55,669 nucleotides of DNA, taken from assembly GCF_001194135.2 (NCBI RefSeq), contig NC_068983.1, positions 99,894,897 through 99,950,565 on the forward strand, given 5' to 3'. Source of the DNA: Octopus bimaculoides. Its lineage: Eukaryota. The notes beneath the pieces are model-generated. The model searched no databases and was not told the origin of the DNA. It saw only the letters and a list, made by a program, of their open reading frames with translations. The position numbers were made by a program, and so were the translations under genes. Position 1 is the stretch's first letter. Each line of letters starts with the position of its first letter. Positions 46,005 through 55,669 of this stretch are shown in pieces.

Positions 46005-46449
46005 ATTAATCCTCTATAAAGTTCAAGTAAAACACATTATGGAGTATGTTCCTTCATTCAGAGAAAAGTTATTCAGCTGATTGGCCCTCCAGCCTCTAAC
46101 CTCTAGAAATGTGCATTCTCTTCTCACTCTGACTTCTTACCACTACTACAATGGACATTACCTCCAATCAAACATTGTAGACTCATTTGTTCCTCTCCTC
46201 CTCTCATCACTAGTATGTGTACACCCTACCTCTCCTAGGCTCACACTAACTATTACAGTCAGTCCTTTCTTCTTAGAATGTCAGCTCTCTGGTATTCCAT
46301 CCTTGCACATGTCTATCCAACAGTTTAAATGAAACATAATACCAGCAGCATACAACAACATTGTAAGCAGACATTGACTACAGTGCTATCACAAATCAAC
46401 AGCAGAAGCATACAACAATACTCGCACACTACAATTAAGGTAGCACATA

Positions 46450-46560
46450 AGAGCAATGCTAGCATGTAACAACACTAGCACAACTATAATGCTAGCATGT
46501 AACAGCAACAACAACAATGCTAGCACACAGCAACAACATTAATGCTAGTGCACAACAGTG

Positions 46561-46593
<33 letters not shown>

Positions 46594-46600
46594 GTAATGT
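46450..46600. repeat. Degenerate minisatellite (AATGCTAGCA/CAACA units) running into (AAT)n
   Basis: ATGCTAG recurs four times among CAA-rich spacers, then (AAT)n at 46561-46592. Confidence 0.6.
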
Positions 46601-46915
46601 TCGTCCATTGTTCATGTGGAAGATGGATCAGAGTGTGTCTGATGTGTTCTTAGAAGGCTCTGCTGCAGATCAAGCACTGGTGGTCTGCTGGGAATGAAAG
46701 CAAGAGTTGGTTCTGAACTTGTACAACTCATGTTTTCTTTGGTGGCAACACTAGTACACAACAACAAAGCTAACAACACATGGTGTAAGTTTTTTTTAAA
46801 ATCTTCTCTGTAAACAATGTAATTACTCATTGTTTTCAAATACTTGTGTAAAATATCATGACTGAATCTACTTTGACCTAGTTTTATAACTTTTAAACTG
46901 TCTTCTCTGTTCCAG

Positions 46916-47062
46916 CATGGTCAATTCACCATTTCCACAGCAAGTTCCTTACATAATGTCACCGATGGGACCTTTATCTCAACCTGGTTTTCTCTATAGT
47001 CCTGAGCAATATGCATGGATGCAACAAATGTACTCCCAGTACATGGCCCAGTATATGCAATA
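46916..47062 (+). CDS. HERPUD: HERPUD coding exon 5 (...MVNSPFPQQ...YAWMQQMYSQYMAQYMQ)
   Basis: ctctgttccag|C...TA|GTAAGT; 147 nt, phase 2/2; Y/Q/M-rich HERP motif. Confidence 0.93.
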
Positions 47063-47114
47063 GTAAGTAAACTTTCATGTTATCCTTTCTTGAGGAGGAA
47101 AAAAAAGAAATAGT

Positions 47115-47350
47115 AAACATGGCTGTGTGGTCAGAAGTTTGCTCCCCAACCACATGGTTCTAGGTTCAGTCCCATTGCATAGAACTTTAGGCAAGTGTAT
47201 TTTGCTATAATTCCTGGCTAACCAAAGCCTTGTAAATGGATTTGGTAGACAGAAATTGAAAGAAACTTGTCATATATACATACATATGTGATGTATGTGT
47301 GTGTTAGTGTCTTCTTGCTTTGATGCTGTGTGGTAGTTGTAAACAAATGT
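47115..47350 (+). mobile_element. Family-B SINE; further partial copies at ~47790-47930 and ~49545-49720
   Basis: GGCTGTGTGGTCAGAAGTTTGC...GGTTCAGTCCCA...ACCAAAGCCTTG...GGTAGACAGAAATTGAAAGAA. Confidence 0.75.
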
Positions 47351-48104
47351 TACTGTCATGCATGCATGGAAGATCGAACATTAAAATAATGATTTTGATG
47401 ATGATGGTGTTGGCATGGAGAAATTGTGAGGGCATCCTTAACAAAGTAAACATAATTCGGCCAGTCTAGGTATAATATCTAAAATGACACCATGACTAGG
47501 TGGTTTGTATGTTACATTTTGTCAAAGGATTTGGTAATATTAAATGTAGCAACCTTTGTTTTACAATTGTTTACAATCTTTGAGACAATTTGTGTTTTAC
47601 ATATAAATTAAACTTGATTCTCTTGCAAAATTTTGCCAGAGAATCAAGTTGGTAGTAGCTATTGAGAAAGATGTTAAAATGTAAAATAAAACTGTGTGTG
47701 CATGTATATAACTAACTCCTCTTTTGGCTCTCTGATCAAGCAATCTGAACTGAAACTTAGTGTCTGAATGTAGCTTGACAGTAGAAGGTGCAGGCATAAC
47801 TGTGGTTAAGAAGTTCTCTTTGTAATTATATGATTTTGGGCTCAATCCCACTGTGTGCAACTATGGGCAAGTAATTTCTAGTGTTGCTGTGGACTGATAT
47901 ATGCTTTGTGTGTGAATGTAGTCAACAGAAATTGTACTAAGCTCTCCTCCCTCCTCCTCCTTGGTTGGGTGGGAGTAGCTAGGAAGAAAATAAAGATGGT
48001 AGTGATGGGGTAATTTCTAAACTGTAAGTAAATAGTGAGTCGTCAATATTCTAAATATTTTACGCTAACATAAATTACTGTTTTTTTTCTTTTTCTTTTT
48101 TTAG

Positions 48105-48389
48105 CTACCAGTCTGGTACTATTCCAGCTCCTGTTCCAACAAACATGCCTCCTAACAATGGTATAAATAACCAGCCTGAGGTAAATAATGCAGAGGTGCG
48201 ACAGCGTAACCCCAACTTGCGTATGAATGCACAAGGTGTACTGGATGATGAAGATGAATTTGAACAAAGAGACTGGTTGGATTGGATGTATGCAGCATGT
48301 CGGTTTGCCATATTGATGGGCATTGTCTACTTTTATTCTACTCTAAGCCGCTTTGTGATTGTTTTCTTAACGTGTTTCATGCTTTACAT
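48105..48389 (+). CDS. HERPUD: HERPUD coding exon 6 (Pro/Asn-rich linker, RDWLDW and membrane segment)
   Basis: Long T tract then ttag|C...AT|GTAAGT; 285 nt; MNAQGVLDDEDE...RDWLDWMY...IVYFYSTLSRF. Confidence 0.95.
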
Positions 48390-48790
48390 GTAAGTATATA
48401 TATCCTTACCAAATCACTCTTGTCTTAGTGTTTCCTTTCTGAAGACAACATTACTCTTTAATTTTAAATGTTTCCTTATTTAAATTCTTGATATTTTTAT
48501 TTGCAGATACATTTATTACTATTTAATTTTCTTTGTGTATGAATGATCTAGATATTCCTAATTACATTTGAGTTTGCAGTTAGAGTGAAGAGTGTAAAGA
48601 TTATTTAGCTTAAATACTGGTTATGTTCTTGTTTAGTGCAACAGATACCAATCTGTGATACAATTCTTTCACTTGTCCATATTCTGATGCCAATAGCAAC
48701 TAATTACAACCAGCTCAGATTGTTCAAAATATGTATTTCATCCTTGACTTCATTGTAATGTCATGAATATTAACACTAAAAAATGTGCTT

Positions 48791-48857
<67 letters not shown>
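48791..48857. repeat. (TC)n microsatellite next to a gap
   Basis: More than 30 TC units. Many other (GT)n, (TA)n and (TC)n tracts occur across the window. Confidence 0.95.
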
Positions 48858-49848
48858 NNNNNNNNNNNNNNNNNNNNNNNNNNNNNNNNNNNNNNNNNNN
48901 NNNNNNNNNNNNNNNNNNNNNNNNNNNNNNNNNNNNNNNNNNNNNNNNNNNNNNNNNNNNNNNNNNNNNNNNNNNNNNNNNNNNNNNNNNNNNNNNNNNN
49001 NNNNNNNNNNNNNNNNNNNNNNNNNNNNNNNNNNNNNNNNNNNNNNNNNNNNNNNNNNNNNNNNNNNNNNNNNNNNNNNNNNNNNNNNNNNNNNNNNNNN
49101 NNNNNNNNNNNNNNNNNNNNNNNNNNNNNNNNNNNNNNNNNNNNNNNNNNNNNNNNNNNNNNNNNNNNNNNNNNNNNNNNNNNNNNNNNNNNNNNNNNNN
49201 NNNNNNNNNGTTAATGCTTCCCCCTGCCTGAAAGGGTTTTGCTTTGCAAATGTCCTCATGCTGTGCTGGCCCACATTAAAAGCATCTGTGCCAGCCCACA
49301 TAGAACACTCTCATGCTGATCTATGTAAAAGGTATCTGTTCTAGTCCATGTAAAAAAAAAAAAAAACACCCATGCCAGTTCATGTAAAGAGCACCCAGTA
49401 CATTTTGTAAAGTGGTTGGCATTAGGAAGGGCATCCAACCAATCAGTAGAACCTGGTGCAGCTCTTCAGCTTACTAAGCTCTGGTTAAACAGTCCAATCT
49501 ATGCCAGCATGGAAAACAGATGTTAAATGATGATGATTATATATATGAGCAGGTGTGGCTTGAGAAATTAGTTTCTGACCCATTGGTTTTTGGTCCAGTA
49601 GTATAATGTATCATTTTGGTTAAGTGTCTTCTTGTATAGTCCCTGGCCAACCAAAGCCTTGAGAGTGTATTTGGTAGACAGAAACTGAAAGAAGCCCATC
49701 ATACACACATACACACATGTATATGAATGTATGTGAGTGTGTATGTTTATGCCTCTAAATAATTCACCAGATCCAACTCATTGTTTTGTCTACTGTCTGC
49801 CTTTTTTGCTATAACTATAATGGATTTGTTCTTAATTAGAATCTTGTA

Positions 49849-51106
49849 TATGTGAAGGTTGGCTGAAAAGTTTATAGCCTGACCAAGATACTTTCATGGA
49901 ATTGGACCAAATGTGGTTTATTTTTTAACATAGTTCTCCCTGCAGTGCTTGGATCCCATTGGTGAAGAAGCTTTTATCCTGTTGGTCAAAAAATTCATCA
50001 ACAGCAGATTTGATGTCATTATCATGGGGTGCTGATTCTCAGCCAAGTGTTTTTTCATATTGGAGAACAGGATAGTCAGATGGGGCCAAATCGAGAGTAT
50101 AGGGAGGGTGATCAACCAGTTCAAAGCCACAGTCACATATACCAGCCATTGAAAGCAAGGACTTGTGTGCTGGAAGATTGTTGTGATGAAACAAGAACCT
50201 CTTTTGTCAGTTTTCCTGGGTGTTCATTTTGATAGCCTTTCACAACTGCCTCAGCAAGTTAGCATAGTACTCCTTATTGATGGTGTGACCTTTTTGAAGA
50301 TAGTCAATAAACACAATGCCTTTTGCATGCCAGAAAACTGAGGCCATCACCTTCCCTGTGGATGAAACTACCTTGGCCTTGTTTGGAGCAGGGGAAGAGG
50401 GGTGTTCCCACTGCATGGATTGTCTCTGGCTCAAAGTGATGAACCCAACACACATCCTGGGTTATGAAATGTTCAAGGAGACTAGATCTGTTGAAACAAT
50501 GTTGGATTTTCCAGTGATGTGATCAGCTTGTTGCAATTTTGATCAGGTGTCAGAAAACGTGGCACCCATTGAGCAGAAATGTTTGTCTGCCAAGTTTATT
50601 GTGTAGAATATTTTCAACTCTGATGGGATATGCTAATAGCATTGGCTATTTGATTTATAGTCAATTGCCTGTCGTCCATCACCATGTGGTGAATATGATC
50701 AATGTTTTCCTTGGTGGTGGCAGCTGCAGGACGTCTAAGACATTGGGTCATCTTAAAGACTCTCCCTTCCCCTCCTAAATTCAGCTGCCCACTTTTACAT
50801 TGTTGATAAAGCTGAAGTGTCATTCCCTAACGTAGCAACCATGTCAGCATGAATGTCCTCAGGGGTTAAGCCCTTTTCTGCATGTATTGGATAACACCAC
50901 AATGCCAGATTTTGTCCATTTTCAAGAAAAATTGCTGCTGCTTATTTTTGAAGTCTTCCTTGAACAGTCAGATGTCAGTTTACCTGGAAAGAAACAATGC
51001 AGTCATTAATAAAAAAAAAAGTTGAAATTAATGCTTGCAAGATTTCACAGCTCTAGCATCAATACTTCATAGTCAGCCTATGAACTTTTCAGCCCACCCT
51101 CATACA
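49849..51106 (-). mobile_element. Full-length but dead mariner transposon (~1.26 kb) with both TIRs
   Basis: TIRs TATGTGAAGGTTGGCTGAAAAGTTTATAGCCTGAC (49849-49883) and GTCAGCCTATGAACTTTTCAGCCCACCCTCATACA (51072-51106). Transposase remnants from ATG 50919 down to ~49918 (GKVMASVFWHAKG, TINKEYYANLL, YSRFGP-like) with stops and frameshifts. Confidence 0.92.
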
Positions 51107-52008
51107 TCTAAATCTATGTCTTTTTATTTTTCATCACTTATTTCTCACCCTAAAATCCATACAAAGTGTTACATTTAATCCTTTATCCTGAAGTCTGCTA
51201 CTCTGTTAAATCATGTGTTTTTTGCAAACCATTAAACTGTACTAATTTTAAACAACTTGTGTTTCTCTCCAATAGTTCTACATAGTGTAAATAATACCAC
51301 ATCACAAAAACAATCGTATAAATTCAGTTGATATCCTGTTGCAAGCTTATGTTGAGTTTTTATTAAAAGAAGGAATTGATTAATGGATTAAAGTCATGAT
51401 TGAATTAATGTGTTTTTGGAGAAATAACCGGTTTCGTATTTTCTTTTCGAATTTCTCTACCTGTATCATAATATGTCTTCGCTATGGTGTAAAGTATGGA
51501 GTTCTAGATAGGGGGAGGTAATCAGGGATTTTTATGGTATAAGGGAGATAATCAAAAATGTTGGGGATGAGAGATTTTGATAAATTTAACATGATTTGGT
51601 TTAGAAGGAATAGAANNNNNNNNNNNNNNNNNNNNNNNNNNNNNNNNNNNNNNNNNNNNNNNNNNNNNNNNNNNNNNNNNNNNNNNNNNNNNNNNNNNNN
51701 NNNNNNNNNNNNNNNNNNNNNNNNNNNNNNNNNNNNNNNNNNNNNNNNNNNNNNNNNNNNNNNNNNNNNNNNNNNNNNNNNNNNNNNNNNNNNNNNNNNN
51801 NNNNNNNNNNNNNNNNNNNNNNNNNNNNNNNNNNNNNNNNNNNNNNNNNNNNNNNNNNNNNNNNNNACACATGCCGTGGGCACAAGTGTCAGAAAGGCGT
51901 CGCTGGGCACAGGTGCCATCACAATTTCGCTTTCGCTTGCCTCAATAAGTCTTCACAAGCTGAGTTTCATGTCCAATGAGGGAGATGACGTTGGCATGGG
52001 TGCCAGTC

Positions 52009-52156
52009 GTCAAATTTAACTCGATTTCGATTTCACTTGCCTCAACAGGTCTTCGCAAGTGGAGTTTAGTGTCCAATTTAACTTGATTTCGATTTCACTT
52101 GCTTCAACAGGTCTTCGCAAGTGGAGTTTAATGTCCAATTTAACTTGATTTCGATT
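52009..52156 (+). repeat. 62-bp tandem repeat, ~2.4 units, derived from an RTE-UTR-type repeat
   Basis: Units start at 52009, 52071 and 52133; a more diverged unit lies at ~51925-51977. Confidence 0.9.
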
Positions 52157-52395
52157 GTGATTTTTTTTATTGCCCACAAGGGGCCATATACGCATGTGTA
52201 TGTATGTGTGACATTTATAAAACACTTAGGCACTGGCCACTGTTCTTTTCAACTATGCAAGCAATGTTGGAGTGACATAAGTTGTGTTTAAGGGAAAGAA
52301 AAATTGGTGAAACATAAAAAGGTACCAGACAACTTTACTGTAATTGCTCCAGCTATTGTTGTGATTTTATTCATATACTTTTGTTTTTTGAACAG

Positions 52396-52528
52396 TCATC
52401 AAGCTGGCTGGTTCCAGGTTCAAAGACAGCCTGTAGCTATGGGTGCACCTCCTGGGGATCAGAATGGACCAGCAGCTCAACCTGCTCCAGCTGTTAATGA
52501 ACATCAAAATGAAAATCCTGATGCACAA
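52396..52528 (+). CDS. HERPUD: HERPUD coding exon 7 (HQAGWFQVQRQP...NPDAQ)
   Basis: ttttttgaacag|T...CAA|GTAAGT; 133 nt; GWF motif. Confidence 0.93.
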
Positions 52529-52974
52529 GTAAGTTCAACTGTGTTAGATAAGAATTTTGAAAGACAGTTTCTAAAGATAGTGTACCATAAAATAACTTCA
52601 GATTCCCTCATATAATATGAATATCACTAAAATAGCATTAATAAGTTGATGTAAAACAAAATATAATGAAGAAATAGAAACAAAAGAAAAAAACAAAGAA
52701 CAAGTAACCATTCAGTGCAGAAATTAAAGTTTTAGAGTATATCATGGTAAATATGTCTTCATTTAGTTTTCATAATTTCAGCTTTCTGTAAATCTTTGTC
52801 ATATTAAATTTTATCAGTTTCAAGATTTACTGATTGTTTAAACATTTGAGATGGAATCGTCAGATACAACTAGATAATTTTCAAACTGTTAACCTCTTCT
52901 TCAGAGATGAAACATTATTAAGCATTTATATCCTATTGTTAATTATTCTTTCTTTCTTTCTTTTTTTCCCCCAG

Positions 52975-53133
52975 AATGAAGGTACTTCTGATGAAAGTGG
53001 TTCAGATGAATCTCAGTCAGAACTTCCTCAGGAACCAGCTCTTCCTCGTGGCCTCTCTCTTGTCTGGCTTCTTGTGCGAACATTTTTCACTTCTTTATTT
53101 CCACAGCAGCCTCCTGCTGTGAATGCTAACTAA
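52975..53133 (+). CDS. HERPUD: HERPUD coding exon 8 (NEGTSDES...LVRTFFTSLFPQQPPAVNAN*)
   Basis: Strong polypyrimidine tract, cccag|AAT; conserved C-terminal TFFTSL.P...PP...AN; stop TAA. Confidence 0.95.
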   Translation, partial: NEGTSDESGSDESQSELPQEPALPRGLSLVWLLVRTFFTSLFPQQPPAVNAN

Positions 53134-55039
53134 GTGTCTCAAAAAGCAAAAAAAAAAAATGAATGGTAATCAACTGATGAAAACATTTAAAATAATGAAT
53201 TGATTATACAGAAAAAAAAAAAAATTCTTAATGGACTCGGCACTTTGATGGCTAGCCTGACATATCTTTTGGTATTCTGGGGACGATGACCAGGCGTCTT
53301 AATGATTATGGTTAAAATAACTAAATAACTGAAAAGTCTTTATGAAATTGAACATTTACCAAGCAAATTAAGCAGTAGCAAAAGGCTAGGGTTAAGTTCC
53401 TTTGGTTTTTGCTGTTATGTTTGGTAAAGCCTCATTTCGTATTGAATTATATTCTCTCCAGTATTTCACATTTTAGATCTGAAATACATTTTATTTTATA
53501 TCTTGGTATAAAAACTGAAAACAAACCAAATAAAATGAATAAACAGAAACTTTTGCAACCCACTTTAGTTTGTAAAACATGATCTTTTCTCCAAGTATTC
53601 AAGTCTTTCTTATGCTTACTGGTTACATACACCTGAGTCATTATCACACTTTAAAGAAGAAATTACAAGTTGTAACAAAATCAATTTGTTAATTTTGAAG
53701 GAATAATTTCGTACCCCCCCCTTTTTTTTTTGCTTTTACTCTAGAACATAGGGCTGTTTTGAAATTTAGAATGTTTAACAAATGTTATTTATCATTTCTC
53801 TATTTGTAAAGTTTAAGTATATAATTTTTCTGTTAAGTCTTTAGGATTCTGATATCTAAAATAAATTGCGATTTTGTTGTATTTCATTTTATTAGTTTTC
53901 CTGCCTGTGAGGTACTTTTTTTTACTTCCCTTGTTTAGAATATCTTTCGTAAATCCACTATTAATTAAATCTCCAGGTTGATGTTTTAATTGATATTCTG
54001 TAGTTAATTGTTGATTTTTTTTTTTTTTTGTTTATCTCAAATTTTTATCCACATGGCAGAAAAACATCTCCCTTTCATACACACAATTATGTTTTCTTGT
54101 CAATACGAAAATTGAAATAACTAAAACACGTTTTTTTTTTAATCTCTATCTCTAGATAGAAAATTAACTTACGAAGGGAGATAACTTCTGTTACTGATGT
54201 CCAACAACAGAAATCATGTGTGCTACTTAAAATTTTTTTCCGATTTTTCATTAAAAAACATACATTTAATGAAAAATGAACTAAAAGCAAAATCGTGGTG
54301 ATTTTTTTTTTTTTTCAAGAAGTAATTTACGATTGAGTATAAGCATCAGACCCCCATAAACAAGTCAACTAAATGTTTAAAAAAAATCTTGTAAATATAC
54401 CTTTCTATACTGTTCAGTTTACTAAGTATATCACCCTTATGTTAAGAGGAGAGCGATGAGACGGACAACGTTGGATGTATAAAAAACATATATATACAGA
54501 AGCACTTATATATTAACACATTGTGCTATTATAAATATTTATCTTTCATATATGAGTACTTTAAATGGAGTTGTGCTCTTTGGAAGTGAAGCTTTTCTGT
54601 CCTTTATTGGAAGGATGCTACAGTGAACTACATTGTCAATTGTAACATTGCTTAATATAATTTAACTTTGTATCTATTTCATTCAGGTTTATTTGTATAA
54701 TAATTTCAGTGGTTGATTTTCGTTCTTAGCTTACCATTAACTAAGCCAAATTAAGAACTAGAATCACCCTTCAACTATCTGGTAACTGGTTTCTTTTTAA
54801 TTTCTTCTGTTTTGGGGTAGTTTTGGTTTAAAATTTATTAGGTTGAATTTTAAACACTGTAATTACCTTTCTTTTTCTTTTTTACATTTTTGATTATTTT
54901 ATGTATACCAAAACAGTTATTTACAAATGATTTGATTATGTCCCAATGTTAGTGTTTCTTTTCATATCTTTGAAATTCTGTTAATATTAAACTTTTTGTA
55001 GTGTCAAGATGGGCTCTTACACTACTACCCTTCCCTCTT

Positions 55040-55082
<43 letters not shown>

Positions 55083-55453
55083 TTCTTTCCTTTTCTTTTA
55101 TTTTTATAATTTCTTTTACTTTCACACAAATGCAGAATTCTGACTGTGATATCATTATGGAGGAGTAATTCATTTTTGGTTTGACTTAAAGTGAAAAAAA
55201 AAAAAAAGAAGAAATGATTTCTCGGCGTGGTTCAGTGAATATTATATGTTCAATTATATGTAAATTGTATAGATTAAAAATGTTAATTAAAAAGTGGATT
55301 CAAATTATTTTGTGAGCATTCCTATGATTTTTGTTGTTGATTTTTAAATTCAAAACATTGTAAATAAGCTGCTAGCCTTTAGAAATAACTGCAAGAATTT
55401 GATTCATAATACTTGTTTTATATAAACACTATGGAACAGTAAATTCAATTAAA
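53134..55453 (+). promoter_or_regulatory. HERPUD: Probable long AU-rich HERPUD 3' UTR with several candidate poly(A) signals
   Basis: AATAAA at 53529, 53538 and 53860; ATTAAA near 55286 and 55448; U-rich, no recognisable interspersed repeat. The true end is unknown. Confidence 0.5.
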
Positions 55454-55669
55454 TTTCTCTGGAGTGAACAGTATGAGTAGTGTGTGTGTGCATAATATGA
55501 CTAAAAATGTATTTCTGGCATCTGTACTTTAATAAGACCCCAAGTTTGTACACACACACACACACATGTGCGTGTGGGCCACCTGCATCCGTGGGTGGAT
55601 GCATGCGTGTGTATAGGTATTCAACTATATCTAATGCATAAGTGTGTGTATATATATATATATATATAT

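Larger units (their letters stand above)
21339..53133 (+). other. HERPUD: HERP/HERPUD1-2 family gene (homocysteine-responsive ER-resident ubiquitin-like domain protein), 8 coding exons, 380 aa
   Basis: Exons of 144+78+99+98+147+285+133+159 = 1143 nt join in frame with GT-AG sites (phases 0,0,0,2,2,2,0). Features: N-terminal UBL (TLIVKAPNQ...QRLIYSGKLLLDH...HTIHLVC), Y/Q/M-rich segment, RDWLDW plus hydrophobic membrane region, HQAGWF, and C-terminal TFFTSLFP...PPAVNAN. Cannot be assigned to paralogue 1 or 2. Confidence 0.95.

Noticed and set aside
27690-51106. Mariner or hAT transposase domesticated into, or fused with, HERPUD (SETMAR-like)
   Set aside because: All three are antisense, carry multiple stops or frameshifts, and the HERPUD frame is complete without them.
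54390-55366. Two Pumilio-type TGTAAATA motifs in the 3' region
   Set aside because: In sequence this AT-rich, about one hit per 2-4 kb is expected by rough estimate, so two is not informative without conservation.
1-55669. CRISPR array, operon, defence island or other prokaryote-type system
   Set aside because: The DNA is eukaryotic, with spliceosomal introns, SINEs and LINEs. No repeat-spacer array exists; the 62-bp and 66-bp tandems have no unique spacers.

Overview
This is AT-rich, repeat-dense eukaryotic genomic DNA from a gapped draft assembly (nine N-runs). The repeat repertoire (tRNA-derived SINEs, RTE ends with (GAT)n tails, microsatellites) looks like an Octopus/coleoid cephalopod; that is my inference and was not verified. 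One host gene is well supported: a + strand HERP/HERPUD (ER-membrane ubiquitin-like ERAD protein). I assembled it by hand from 8 coding exons at 21430-53133, giving 1143 nt or 380 aa with all GT-AG junctions in frame. It probably has an upstream non-coding exon near 20.6 kb and a long 3' UTR. The first 19 kb is mostly retroelements: a tandem SINE chain, three decayed Tx1-clade LINEs and RTE fragments. The introns hold two dead mariners, a hAT-like remnant, MITEs and many SINEs. I found no prokaryote-type system (CRISPR, operon, defence island), and most listed ORFs are noise or TE debris. The best leads are: (1) a tRNA-headed SINE-like element ending in a Penelope-type hammerhead-ribozyme-like motif; (2) a diverged copy of HERPUD's first coding exon that keeps its splice acceptor and ATG; (3) a strong-context uORF in the predicted leader; (4) an (AAT)n insertion hotspot holding four tandem SINEs and a Tx1 element; (5) long intronic fold-backs that could be ADAR substrates; (6) a CpG-decay pattern matching gene-body methylation. 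Repeat boundaries are by-eye estimates unless TSDs or TIRs are quoted.
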